Source: an uncultured Acidobacteriota bacterium (GTDB lineage Bacteria > Acidobacteriota > Polarisedimenticolia > J045). Taken from it: DNA of 64,000 nucleotides. The notes beneath the pieces are model-generated. The model saw only the letters and a program-made list of their open reading frames with translations. It did not search any database and was not told the origin of the DNA. The DNA lies in the NCBI GenBank assembly GCA_963702425.1, contig CAVPCQ010000006.1:320001-384000 (forward strand), in the 5' to 3' direction. A program made the translations under genes and the position numbers. Positions 37,253-46,948 of the stretch are shown here, one piece after another (within the stretch, counting starts at the first letter, position 1; the number at the start of each line of letters is the position of its first letter).

Positions 37253-39013
37253 ATGAGCCGTCGCCGGGAAGACCGCGTCACCGGAAGGGCCTGTTTCGCG
37301 TGTCTCGTGCTGCTGTTGCTGCCGGCTTCGTCGGCCCGGGCGCAGGCCGCGAACCCGGTGGCTGCACCGCCCGCGGCCCCGTCCTCCGACCGCGCCGCGG
37401 TCGCGCCGCTCGACGTCGCGACCGCGCCCGTCGACAGCGCCGCGGCCGCGCAGGCGCTCGCCGACGCGATGCTCGCCGAATCCGGCCCTCCCGTCCGCAG
37501 CGAAGCGGGCGCGGCGGTCTTCGAGTTCAACCACCGCCCGATCGCCACGCTGCGCGCCAACATCGCCGCGTTCACCCCGGCCGAGCGTGCCGCCGGCGGC
37601 GCGCGGCGCCTGAAACGGGTGCTCGAGACCTCGGGCCGCCAGCCGGTGACGGCCTTTCCGATCTCCCACGGCGCGCTGCTGACCGTCGGCACGACACCGA
37701 TCGTCGCGATCGTCCACGAGGATCTCGACGAGGCGGGCGGCGAATCGCTCCTCGAAGCGACGGCCGGCGCGCGGGAGACGCTCGAACGGGTCGTGCAGGA
37801 AGCGACCGAGGAGATGCTCCTCCCGTACCTGCTGCGGGCGCTCGTGCTCTCGCTCGTGGGAGCCGCGCTGGCTGCGACGGGGGTGCTGGTGGTGCTCCGG
37901 CTGCGCCAGCGCCTGGCCCGGCGGCTGACCCGGGAGGCCGAGGTGCGACTGGGCAAGGCCAAGCTGGGCCACCTCGCCACGGTGGGCTCGGCCCAGCTCT
38001 TCCTCTGGCTCAACCGGCTGCTCACCCTCGCCGCCTGGTCGATCGGGCTGGCGATCCTGTTCCTCTGGCTCACCTTCGCGCTGCAGCGCTTCCCCGTCAC
38101 GCGGCCCTGGGGCGAGCAGATGGGAAGCTACGTCGTCTCGGCCCTCAAGACCGTCGGGACCGGGATCGTCGCCTCGATCCCCAAGCTGCTCGTGGTGCTG
38201 CTGATCGGGCTCGCGGCGCGGGTCGTCTCGCGCCTGGTCGGCGATCTCTTTCACGCGATCGAGGAGGGGCGCCTCGACGCCTCCGAGGCGCTGCGGGAGA
38301 CGGCCCCGCCGACCCGCCGCCTGCTGCAGGGCCTGGTCTGGATCTTCGCGCTGGTCCTCGCCTATCCCTACCTGCCGGGCAGCGAATCCGCAGCGTTCAA
38401 GGGTGTTTCGGTGATGATGGGTGTCATCATCTCGCTCGGTTCGGCGGGAATCGTCGGCCAGTTGATGAGCGGGCTGGTGCTGATGTACTCGCGCGCCGTG
38501 CGCCCCGGCGACTACGTCCGGATCGGGAGCGTCGAGGGGACGGTCAGCGAGCTTTCGCTGCTCTCGACCAAGCTCCGGACCAACCGGCGCGAGGAGGTCA
38601 CCATCCCCAACTCGGTCGTCGTCTCGGGGTCGACGACCAACTACCACCGGTACGCGGCGGAAGGGGTCTTGGCCGGGACGACGGTCACGATCGGTTACGA
38701 CACCCCCTGGCGCCAGGTGCACTCGCTGCTGGCGCAGGCGGCGGACCGCACTCCCGGCCTGCGGCGGCCGCCCGACCCGCGCGTGCTGCAGACCGCGCTG
38801 GGGGATTTCTACGTCGAGTACACGCTCCTGGTCTGCATCGAGCGGCCGGAGCTGCGGATCGTCACGCTGGCGACGCTGCACGAGAACATCCAGGACCTGT
38901 TCAACGAGTACGGGGTCCAGATCATGTCCCCGCACTACGAGATGGACCCGGAGGGGAAGAAGGTGGTGCCGCAGGGCGAGTGGTTCGCCCCCCCGGCGAA
39001 GAAACCGGAGTGA
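37253..39013 (+). CDS. MscS-family mechanosensitive channel with periplasmic N-terminal domain
   Basis: GAGGAGG RBS; signal peptide; PYLPGSES.AFKGVS, GDYVRIG, IPNS, IGYDTPWRQVH, GVQIMSPHY. Confidence 0.9.
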   Translation: MSRRREDRVTGRACFACLVLLLLPASSARAQAANPVAAPPAAPSSDRAAVAPLDVATAPVDSAAAAQALADAMLAESGPPVRSEAGAAVFEFNHRPIATLRANIAAFTPAERAAGGARRLKRVLETSGRQPVTAFPISHGALLTVGTTPIVAIVHEDLDEAGGESLLEATAGARETLERVVQEATEEMLLPYLLRALVLSLVGAALAATGVLVVLRLRQRLARRLTREAEVRLGKAKLGHLATVGSAQLFLWLNRLLTLAAWSIGLAILFLWLTFALQRFPVTRPWGEQMGSYVVSALKTVGTGIVASIPKLLVVLLIGLAARVVSRLVGDLFHAIEEGRLDASEALRETAPPTRRLLQGLVWIFALVLAYPYLPGSESAAFKGVSVMMGVIISLGSAGIVGQLMSGLVLMYSRAVRPGDYVRIGSVEGTVSELSLLSTKLRTNRREEVTIPNSVVVSGSTTNYHRYAAEGVLAGTTVTIGYDTPWRQVHSLLAQAADRTPGLRRPPDPRVLQTALGDFYVEYTLLVCIERPELRIVTLATLHENIQDLFNEYGVQIMSPHYEMDPEGKKVVPQGEWFAPPAKKPE

Positions 39014-39044
39014 GCCGCGGCGCGGTCCCGGGAGGACGGAATCG

Positions 39045-39356
39045 ATGACCCGCTGCGCCGGGTGCCGCCACCGGCTGGATGACGAGTCGGTCTGCCTGAT
39101 CGCCTCGATGCACGGCTCGCTGCTGGGCGACGAGTACGTCGAGTCGTACTTCCGCTGCCCGCACTGCGGGACCTGCACCCTGTCGGTCGTGCGCGACCGG
39201 TTCGCGGGCGAGGAGGTCGTCGTGACCGAGGCGGCGGCTCTCTCCGAGGACGAGGCGGCGCGGCGCCTGGCGCTGATCGGGCGCTGCCCCGAACCGTGGA
39301 ACAAGCGTTGCCGGTGCGAGGCGCACCGGGAATACTTCGGCGACGGGCTCGACTGA
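39045..39356 (+). CDS. Small Cys-rich putative metal-binding protein
   Basis: GGAGG RBS; CAGC, CPHC and C-x7-CRCEAH motifs. Confidence 0.72.
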   Translation: MTRCAGCRHRLDDESVCLIASMHGSLLGDEYVESYFRCPHCGTCTLSVVRDRFAGEEVVVTEAAALSEDEAARRLALIGRCPEPWNKRCRCEAHREYFGDGLD

Positions 39357-39388
39357 CGGTCGAGACGCCCGATGGAGTGGACCTGACG

Positions 39389-40084
39389 ATGCACCTCCTC
39401 CCCCGCTCGACACGAACCCTCGCGGCCCTGGGGGCCGCGCTCGCCCTCGCAGCGCTGCTGCCTTCCTGCGGTCGCGGCCCCGAGGCACCCCCGGCGGGAG
39501 CCCGGACGACGCCTGACGCGGCCGCGCCGGCCCCCGTCCCCGTGCCGGTCCAGCCCGCGCCGCCGCCGCCGCCGGCACCACCACCTCCACCACCGCCGCG
39601 CGAGCTGGCCTGGAACGGGAAGGTCGACATGAAGCTCTGGTCGCCGGGCCGGGTGAAGGCCTACAAGGCGGCGCGGCAGCTCGAGGCACCCCCTGCGCTC
39701 GCCGTCCTGAGGATCCCGCGGCTCGGCCTCGAGGTGCCGGTCTACGACGGCACCACCGACGCCGTACTGGATCTCGCGGCGGGGCGGATCGACGGCACCG
39801 CGCTGCCCGGGACCTCGGGCAACGTCGGGATCGCGGCGCACCGCGACGGCTTCTTCAGGGTGCTCAAGGACATCAAGGCCGGCGACGCGCTGGTCCTCGA
39901 GACGCCGGCGGCGACCGAGAGTTACCGGGTGGAGTGGACCCGGATCACGACGCCGGAGGATGTCAGCGTGATCGGCCCGACGGAAGGGGCAGCCGTGACG
40001 CTCGTCGGATGCTATCCGTTCTACCACGTGGGTCCGGCGCCGCAGCGGTTCATCGTGCGGGCGGTGCCGGTGAAGAAGGGCTAG
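39389..40084 (+). CDS. Class D sortase-like lipoprotein with Pro-rich linker
   Basis: Lipobox LLPSC; LRIPRLGL, GNVGIAAHRD, TLVGCYPF..RFIV (His/Cys/Arg triad). Confidence 0.85.
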   Translation: MHLLPRSTRTLAALGAALALAALLPSCGRGPEAPPAGARTTPDAAAPAPVPVPVQPAPPPPPAPPPPPPPRELAWNGKVDMKLWSPGRVKAYKAARQLEAPPALAVLRIPRLGLEVPVYDGTTDAVLDLAAGRIDGTALPGTSGNVGIAAHRDGFFRVLKDIKAGDALVLETPAATESYRVEWTRITTPEDVSVIGPTEGAAVTLVGCYPFYHVGPAPQRFIVRAVPVKKG

Positions 40085-40184
40085 GCGCGGGCTCCGGCGA
40101 GGGGGCGGCGCTTGCTCGGCGGAGACTTACCGGCAAATAATGTGCGAGTCTGAACGGTCCCGCTCCCTCCCGAAAGGAGATCCC

Positions 40185-40811
40185 ATGAAACGCCTCGCTC
40201 TCCTCGCGACGATCGCCGCGCTCGTCGCCCTCGTCGCTCCGCTTGCCCTCGCCGCCGGCATGGCGCAGGTGACGGTCGGCACCACGCTCGAAAACCTCCA
40301 GGCCGCCTACAACGGCGAGTCCAACGCCTCCGCCAAGTACCTCGAGTTCGCGAAGCAGGCGGACAAGGAAGGTTACGCCGGCGTGGCCTCGCTGTTCCGC
40401 GCCGCGTCCCGGGCCGAGCAGGTCCACGCCGCGAAGCACGCCACCGTGATCAAGTCGCTGGGCGGAACGCCGACCGCCAAGATCGAGCCGGCCGAGGTCA
40501 AGTCGACGAAGGAGAACCTCGCGGCCGCAATCGCCGGCGAGAGCTACGAGCGCGACGCGATGTACCCGCAGTTCATCGGCAGGGCCAAGACGGACCGCAA
40601 CAGGGACGCGATCGAAAGCTTCAATTACGCCAAGACCGCCGAGGCCGAGCACGCCGTGTTCTACGCCGACGCGCTCAAGAACCTCGACGCGTGGAAGGCC
40701 AAGAAGACCTTCTACGTCTGCACCATCTGCGGCTACACCGTGATCGATCTTCCCAAGGACAAGTGCGTCTCCTGCTTCAGCCCGAAGGACAAGTACGAGG
40801 TGGTGTCCTGA
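40185..40811 (+). CDS. Rubrerythrin-family protein with N-terminal signal peptide
   Basis: AAGGAG RBS; Sec signal; NL.AAYNGES..Y..EQVH, GESYE..MY..EAEH; CTICG..CVSC rubredoxin-like site. Confidence 0.9.
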   Translation: MKRLALLATIAALVALVAPLALAAGMAQVTVGTTLENLQAAYNGESNASAKYLEFAKQADKEGYAGVASLFRAASRAEQVHAAKHATVIKSLGGTPTAKIEPAEVKSTKENLAAAIAGESYERDAMYPQFIGRAKTDRNRDAIESFNYAKTAEAEHAVFYADALKNLDAWKAKKTFYVCTICGYTVIDLPKDKCVSCFSPKDKYEVVS

Positions 40812-40838
40812 TCGGCGCGCGCGCCGCAGAGGGCAGAC

Positions 40839-41339
40839 ATGCTCCCCCCGATCCCCAGCTTCGACGGCCTGCACCCGATCGTCGTCCACTTCCCCGTCGC
40901 GCTGCTGATGGTGGCGCCGCTCTTCCTCGCCCTCGCAGCGCTCTTCCCGTCGAAGGCGGGCTGCTTCGGCCGGTCGGCGCTCGTGCTGCTGGCGCTCGGG
41001 ACGACCGCGTCGTTCGTCGCGGTGGAGAGCGGCGAGGCGGCGGCCCGGCTGGCCGACCGCACCCCTGAGATTAACGCGCAGATCGAGCGCCACCAGGATC
41101 TCGCCGGCACGACGCGGAACGTTTTCGCGGTGCTTACCGTCGCCTACGCGGCCCTTCTCTTCTGGCCCAAGCTGCTGCGGAAGGAATGGGGTGCCGGAGC
41201 GCTCCGGCTGCTGAACGCCGTCGCGCTGGTCGCCGCCCTCGGCGGCGCGCTGCTGGTGGCCAACACCGGTCACGCCGGCGGGGTGCTGGTCCACGGCCTG
41301 GGCGTCCAGGCGATGATCGACGCGGCGCCGGCGCCCTGA
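40839..41339 (+). CDS. DUF2231 membrane protein
   Basis: LHPIVVHFPVAL, SGE.A..IERH, TGHAGG.LVH; 4 TM helices. Confidence 0.8.
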   Translation: MLPPIPSFDGLHPIVVHFPVALLMVAPLFLALAALFPSKAGCFGRSALVLLALGTTASFVAVESGEAAARLADRTPEINAQIERHQDLAGTTRNVFAVLTVAYAALLFWPKLLRKEWGAGALRLLNAVALVAALGGALLVANTGHAGGVLVHGLGVQAMIDAAPAP

Positions 41340-41380
41340 GGGAAGGTCGCGCGCGGCACGGTGCGACCACGGCGGAACAC

Positions 41381-41414
41381 GAAACGGGCCGGGAGGCTGC
41401 CGCCTTCCGGCCCG
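41381..41414 (-). terminator. Intrinsic terminator hairpin downstream of tRNA-fMet copy 1 (possibly bidirectional)
   Basis: CGGGCCGGGAGGC-tgcc-GCCTTCCGGCCCG with short flanking A/T runs; homologous to the hairpin at 43457. Confidence 0.6.
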
Positions 41415-41455
41415 AACTTTCTGTGCCTCGGCGATGCCGAAGCGCGCATCAGCGA

Positions 41456-41532
<77 letters not shown>

Positions 41533-41554
41533 TCAAGTCGTTCAAAGCGGCGGG

Positions 41555-41583
41555 ATTGTTGGGGGCACACCCCGGTGTGTCAA
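41555..41583 (-). promoter_or_regulatory. sigma70 promoter of tRNA-fMet copy 1 (variant -10)
   Basis: TTGACA-17bp-AACAAT. Confidence 0.65.
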
Positions 41584-41627
41584 CTTCCGTGCCCGCCTGC
41601 TCCTACAATGCGCTGTCCGGCCGCGGT

Positions 41628-42019
41628 TTGGTCCGGCCGCCGGGGGACGCCACGCCACCGACCGGATCCAGCACATCCAGCACCGCTTCGGCCCTGGCGT
41701 CGCTCGCACTGCTGGGGATCGTCGTCGGTTCGGGCTGCGGGCGGGAGCGCTCCGCCGCGCAACCCGGGCGAGAGGTCGTGCTGAAGCGGGGCACCACGTT
41801 CGCCGTCCGGCTGCATGGTGACCTCCCCCGCGGGAGCGCGCGGGTCGGGCAGCCGGTCGAAGGCACCGTCCTCTCCGCGCTCGCTGGGGACGACGGCTCG
41901 ATCCCGTGCGCCGGCTGGACGGCGATCGGTACGGTCGCGCGGATCGACCCTCCGGCGCGGGGGGGGGCGACGGAGACGGCGCTGCTGCTCTTCCGCGAGC
42001 TGCGCTCCCCCCAAGGGCA
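41628..42019 (+). pseudogene. 3'-truncated copy of the lipoprotein gene at 46949-47542
   Basis: Breaks at 42019/42020 into mscS sequence. Confidence 0.8.
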
Positions 42020-42775
42020 ATCGAGGAGGGGCGCCTCGACGCCTCCGAGGCGCTGCGGGAGACGGCCCCGCCGACCCGCCGCCTGCTGCAGGGCCTGGTC
42101 TGGATCTTCGCGCTGGTCCTCGCCTATCCCTACCTGCCGGGCAGCGAATCCGCAGCGTTCAAGGGTGTTTCGGTGATGATGGGTGTCATCATCTCGCTCG
42201 GTTCGGCGGGAATCGTCGGCCAGTTGATGAGCGGGCTGGTGCTGATGTACTCGCGCGCCGTGCGCCCCGGCGACTACGTCCGGATCGGGAGCGTCGAGGG
42301 GACGGTCAGCGAGCTTTCGCTGCTCTCGACCAAGCTCCGGACCAACCGGCGCGAGGAGGTCACCATCCCCAACTCGGTCGTCGTCTCGGGGTCGACGACC
42401 AACTACCACCGGTACGCGGCGGAAGGGGTCTTGGCCGGGACGACGGTCACGATCGGTTACGACACCCCCTGGCGCCAGGTGCACTCGCTGCTGGCGCAGG
42501 CGGCGGACCGCACTCCCGGCCTGCGGCGGCCGCCCGACCCGCGCGTGCTGCAGACCGCGCTGGGGGATTTCTACGTCGAGTACACGCTCCTGGTCTGCAT
42601 CGAGCGGCCGGAGCTGCGGATCGTCACGCTGGCGACGCTGCACGAGAACATCCAGGACCTGTTCAACGAGTACGGGGTCCAGATCATGTCCCCGCACTAC
42701 GAGATGGACCCGGAGGGGAAGAAGGTGGTGCCGCAGGGCGAGTGGTTCGCCCCCCCGGCGAAGAAACCGGAGTGA
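42020..42775 (+). pseudogene. 5'-truncated duplicate of the MscS gene
   Basis: Apparently identical to 38258-39013. Confidence 0.9.
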
Positions 42776-42806
42776 GCCGCGGCGCGGTCCCGGGAGGACG
42801 GAATCG

Positions 42807-43433
42807 ATGACCCGCTGCGCCGGGTGCCGCCACCGGCTGGATGACGAGTCGGTCTGCCTGATCGCCTCGATGCACGGCTCGCTGCTGGGCGACGAGTACG
42901 TCGAGTCGTACTTCCGCTGCCCGCACTGCGGGACCTGCACCCTGTCGGTCGTGCGCGACCGGTTCGCGGGCGAGGAGGTCGTCGTGACCGAGGCGGCGGC
43001 TCTCTCCGAGGACGAGGCGGCGCGGCAGCTCGAGGCACCCCCTGCGCTCGCCGTCCTGAGGATCCCGCGGCTCGGCCTCGAGGTGCCGGTCTACGACGGC
43101 ACCACCGACGCCGTACTGGATCTCGCGGCGGGGCGGATCGACGGCACCGCGCTGCCCGGGACCTCGGGCAACGTCGGGATCGCGGCCCACCGCGACGGGT
43201 TCTTCCGGGTGCTCAAGGACATCAAGGCCGGCGACGCGCTGGTCCTCGAGACGCCGGCGGCGACCGAGAGTTACCGGGTGGAGTGGACCCGGATCACGAC
43301 GCCGGAGGATGTCAGCGTGATCGGCCCGACGGAAGGGGCAGCCGTGACGCTCGTCGGATGCTATCCGTTCTACCACGTGGGTCCGGCGCCGCAGCGGTTC
43401 ATCGTGCGGGCGGTGCCGGTGAAGAAGGGCTAG
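42807..43433 (+). CDS. In-frame fusion of the Cys-rich protein N-terminus to the sortase catalytic domain (deletion product)
   Basis: 413-bp deletion between 12-bp repeats AGGCGGCGCGGC (39253 and 39666); junction at 43015-43026. Confidence 0.6.
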   Translation: MTRCAGCRHRLDDESVCLIASMHGSLLGDEYVESYFRCPHCGTCTLSVVRDRFAGEEVVVTEAAALSEDEAARQLEAPPALAVLRIPRLGLEVPVYDGTTDAVLDLAAGRIDGTALPGTSGNVGIAAHRDGFFRVLKDIKAGDALVLETPAATESYRVEWTRITTPEDVSVIGPTEGAAVTLVGCYPFYHVGPAPQRFIVRAVPVKKG

Positions 43434-43447
43434 CGCGCCGGGACAGG

Positions 43448-43486
43448 GAAAGAAAACGGGCCGGGAGGCTTCCGCCTGCCGGCCCG
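43448..43486 (-). terminator. Intrinsic terminator
   Basis: CGGGCCGGGAGGC-ttcc-GCCTGCCGGCCCG hairpin followed on the minus strand by TTTTCTTT. Confidence 0.7.
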
Positions 43487-43531
43487 ATCGTCACGCGCTC
43501 CGCAGATGCCGGGGCGGCTGAGTACACCTTG

Positions 43532-43885
43532 CTACGAGCTTTTCTCCTGTTCGCGGGTTGATGCCAGAGCCAGGAGCGCCGTAAGAACCCCATGCACGAT
43601 GACCGCTGGCCACAGCAGCAAGCCGGTTGAGCCGCCCGACAAACCGACAGAGGCGAGAACCAGCGTGACGGCCGCGCCGTAGATCAACATGCCGAGTCGC
43701 GGCGGTCCGGGCCAGCATGCGACCCCCAGTCCGATCAGGGCGATGCCGGCCACACGCGCCACGGTCGTCGCGATGCCGGTCAGTTCGGCGCCAAGCAGCA
43801 GTCGTCCGACCGCCGAAGGAGCGAGCAGCAACGCCGCCCCAGTCAGGGTTTCACAGACCGCAGCGAAAACGAGCACCCGCTTCAT
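43532..43885 (-). CDS. Small hypothetical membrane protein
   Basis: Four hydrophobic helices; directly downstream of the arylsulfatase. Confidence 0.75.
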   Translation of the reverse strand: MKRVLVFAAVCETLTGAALLLAPSAVGRLLLGAELTGIATTVARVAGIALIGLGVACWPGPPRLGMLIYGAAVTLVLASVGLSGGSTGLLLWPAVIVHGVLTALLALASTREQEKSS

Positions 43886-43942
43886 CGCATCTCTTTCCAG
43901 TCCTCTCGCGCTCCCTACCCGGCCCGCAACAGCTTGAAGCCT

Positions 43943-46423
43943 CTACCGGCTCGCTGCCGCCTTGGGCTCCGGTTCGAGCTTGAAGGTCACCTTGTCGATC
44001 GTGCCGGTGAACTTGAACGGGCTGTCGTAGCGATACTCGAGCAGCGCGACGCCGGTGCGCGTGTCCAGGCCGACGTCGAAGGTCTCATCTTCCGGGAAGG
44101 TGATCGGGATGCCGTGTTCCATCGAATTCCTGGCCACTTCCTTGCCGTCCACGGAGAGCACGCCCGTTCCGCCCTTGCCCAGGCCCGGCCCATCGATCTT
44201 GTAGTCAAAGACGATCGTGTGCTTGCCAGCGCTCAGCTCGGGCCCTTCCCAGATCGTGCGCTTGAGGTCGAGCAGGTTGTAGAGGAAGACCACCTTGCCG
44301 CGGCCGACTCCGAACTCACCCTTGCTCAGGAAGAGTCCGTAGCCGCCGAAACGCCCGCCTTCGGTGACGATCATCCCTTCCGCGCCGCCGCTCGGGATCG
44401 TGACCTCGGCGGTGATCGTGTACGACTTGTTCAGGATGTTCGGCGCCGTGCTGCCCGGCACGCTGGCCAGGGGACCCGTGTACGTGAATGACGTCCGCCC
44501 CGCCGTCAGGCTCGGCTTCGGCGAATTCCAGCGCAGGAGTGTCGTATTGTCGAGCGGCAGTACGTTGTACTTCGCCGCCTCGAGGTAGAAGAGGTTCTGC
44601 AGCTGTTTGAGCTTGTCCGGCATCCTGGCCGCCAGGTCGTTGTTCTGGGTGGGATCCTCCATGACGTTGTAGAGCTCCCACCGGTACCCGGTGATCACAT
44701 CCGGCGCCGGCGCCGTGCTCAACACCCACGGGATCGTCACCGGGGTCGTGGCCGCCACCCAGCCGTCGTGATAGACGGAGCGGTTGCCGAGCATCTCGAA
44801 GTACTGCGTGGTGTGCCGCGTCGGGGCGTTGGCGGCAGCTTTGTCCCAGGTGTAGGCCATGCTCACGCCCTCGATCGGCAACTGCTTGATGCCGTTGATC
44901 GTGTCGGGCGCCGGGATGCCGCTCGCCTCGAGGATGGTCGGCACGATGTCGATGACGTGGTGGAATTGGCGGCGGATGCCACCCGGGTCGTTGATGTGGC
45001 CGGGCCACGACATGGCCACGCCCTGCGCCGTACCGCCAAAGTGCGACGGCACCTGCTTCATCCACTTGAACGGCGTGTCCATCGCCCACGCCCAGCCCGC
45101 CGCAAAGTGCGGGAAGGTCCGCTCCGAGCCCCAGAACTCGTACCAGAGGAACTGATCCTTGACCGGGACCTCGATGCCGTTGAAGGTGGTGAATTCGTTC
45201 GGAGTGCCGTTGACCATGCCTTCCGCGCTGGCACCGTTGTCACCGCTGATGTAGATGATCAAGGTGTTGTCGAGCTGGCCGAGATTTTCGACCGCCTGTA
45301 TGACGCGGCCGATCTCATGATCGGTGTAGGCCTGGTACGCCGCGTAGACCTCCATCTGCTTGATGAAGAGCTTCTTTTCGAACAACCCAAGCGAGTCCCA
45401 CCGGGGCAGCTTCGCGCCGCCGAAGGCTTCCTGTCCGTCAGGCCACGGCGTCAGCTGCGCGTTCGCCGGCATGATTCCGAGACGCTTCTGGTTGGCGAAA
45501 ATGGTCTCTCGCAACTTCTCCCAGCCGTCGTCGAAGAGATGCATGGCGCTGATCTTGTCGATCCACTCCTTCGTCGGATGATGCGGCGCGTGGGTGCCGC
45601 CCGGCACGTAGTAAACGAAGAACGGCTTCTCGGGCGCGAGCTCCTTCAACTGCCTCATGTACTGGATCGCCTCGTCGGCCATGGCCGTGGTCAGGTTCCA
45701 GCCCGGGTTGCCCTCGAACGGATAGATCGGCGTCGTGTTGCGGAACAGGTTCGGCTGCCACTGGCTGGCGTCGCCGCCGACGAAGCCGTAGAAGTACTCG
45801 AAGCCCATGCCGTTGGGCCACTGCTCGAAGGGCCCGGCCTGGCTATTGGCGAAGAAGGGCGTGTTGTGGTCCTTGCCGAACCACGAGGTGGCGTAGCCGT
45901 TGTCTCTGAGGATCGTGCCGATGGTGCCCTTCTCGATCGGGATGATCGAGTCGTAGCCCGGGAACCCCGTCGCTATCTCGCCCACGACCCCGAAGCCCAC
46001 TGAGTGATGGTTGCGTCCGGTGATGATCGCCGCCCGCGTCGGTGAGCAGAGCGAAGTGGAGTGAAAGTTCGTATACCGCACCCCGCTCTTGGCGATGCGA
46101 TCCAGGGCCGGGGTCGGGATCACGCCGCCGAAGGTGCTCGGCGCTCCAAAGCCGTCGTCGTCGGTCATGATCAGCAGCACGTTCGGCGCGCCTTTCGGCG
46201 GCACGACGCGCGGTGGCCACCAGGCTTTCGACTCCGTGGCCTTCTCTTTGATCACTCCGCCGAACTTCGGATCGGGTGGCGGAAGCTGCTTGCCGTCCAG
46301 CGATGTCGTGGCGCTGGGTGAGCCCGGCACGCCGGTCACTTGCTGCGCGATGCAGCGCGAAGAACAGGATGCAACGGCGACAGCGGAAACCGCCATGGCG
46401 ACAACCAGCTGGACGAATCTCAT
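43943..46423 (-). CDS. Arylsulfatase (formylglycine-dependent, AtsA-like) with signal peptide
   Basis: GGGAGG RBS; NVLLIMTDD, LCSPTRAAIITGR, FGKDH, HAPH, GDNG; C-terminal beta-sandwich. Confidence 0.93.
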   Translation of the reverse strand: MRFVQLVVAMAVSAVAVASCSSRCIAQQVTGVPGSPSATTSLDGKQLPPPDPKFGGVIKEKATESKAWWPPRVVPPKGAPNVLLIMTDDDGFGAPSTFGGVIPTPALDRIAKSGVRYTNFHSTSLCSPTRAAIITGRNHHSVGFGVVGEIATGFPGYDSIIPIEKGTIGTILRDNGYATSWFGKDHNTPFFANSQAGPFEQWPNGMGFEYFYGFVGGDASQWQPNLFRNTTPIYPFEGNPGWNLTTAMADEAIQYMRQLKELAPEKPFFVYYVPGGTHAPHHPTKEWIDKISAMHLFDDGWEKLRETIFANQKRLGIMPANAQLTPWPDGQEAFGGAKLPRWDSLGLFEKKLFIKQMEVYAAYQAYTDHEIGRVIQAVENLGQLDNTLIIYISGDNGASAEGMVNGTPNEFTTFNGIEVPVKDQFLWYEFWGSERTFPHFAAGWAWAMDTPFKWMKQVPSHFGGTAQGVAMSWPGHINDPGGIRRQFHHVIDIVPTILEASGIPAPDTINGIKQLPIEGVSMAYTWDKAAANAPTRHTTQYFEMLGNRSVYHDGWVAATTPVTIPWVLSTAPAPDVITGYRWELYNVMEDPTQNNDLAARMPDKLKQLQNLFYLEAAKYNVLPLDNTTLLRWNSPKPSLTAGRTSFTYTGPLASVPGSTAPNILNKSYTITAEVTIPSGGAEGMIVTEGGRFGGYGLFLSKGEFGVGRGKVVFLYNLLDLKRTIWEGPELSAGKHTIVFDYKIDGPGLGKGGTGVLSVDGKEVARNSMEHGIPITFPEDETFDVGLDTRTGVALLEYRYDSPFKFTGTIDKVTFKLEPEPKAAASR

Positions 46424-46552
46424 CTGTTGCCCCTCCCGTTCGATGTGAATATGTCGGTCACGGCGGCAGGCGGTATGGCGCGGTATTGGCCGCACTGCGG
46501 CACAGCCTCAGGATACCACCGGCGGGCGGATTCGGGGCGGAGTCGGGACCGC

Positions 46553-46776
46553 ATGCGTCACAGCGCCCGCCACGGCGCCGGCTGGACGATCCCGCGTTCC
46601 CTGCGGGCCGGAGGCGCTCGGAACCCGGCACACCTCTCCCGGCTGGCCCTCGAACTGGTGGTCGAGAGGATCGACCTGAAGCCGCTCGACGGGGACTGGC
46701 AGTACGGCCGGCTGCTCCAAATAAAGACTCGCCCTTGGGCCGTTGCGGTGCCCAAGGGCGAAGTCGCGCGTTCTTT

Positions 46777-46798
<22 letters not shown>
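46553..46798 (+). pseudogene. Possible C-terminal remnant of a large serine recombinase overlapping the tRNA 3' end
   Basis: Reading frame ..RLALELVVERIDLKP..RSFGSGGGI* ends inside the antisense tRNA acceptor/T arm; no catalytic domain visible. Confidence 0.35.
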
Positions 46799-46853
<55 letters not shown>

Positions 46854-46875
46854 TCAAGTCGTTCAAAGCGGCGGG

Positions 46876-46904
46876 ATTGTAGGGGGCACACCCCGGCGTG
46901 TCAA
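46876..46904 (-). promoter_or_regulatory. sigma70 promoter of tRNA-fMet copy 2
   Basis: TTGACA-17bp-TACAAT followed by a GC-rich discriminator (CCCGCCGC). Confidence 0.8.
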
Positions 46905-46948
46905 CTTCCGTGCCCGCCTGCTCCTACAATGCGCTGTCCGGCCGCGGT

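Larger units (their letters stand above)
38258..40084. repeat. Segmental duplication unit A, intact copy (3' mscS, Cys-rich gene, sortase)
   Basis: Repeated at 42020-43433 with a 413-bp internal deletion. Confidence 0.95.

Noticed and set aside
39525-39600. CCG-rich tandem repeat as a separate element
   Set aside because: It simply encodes the Pro-rich linker of the sortase
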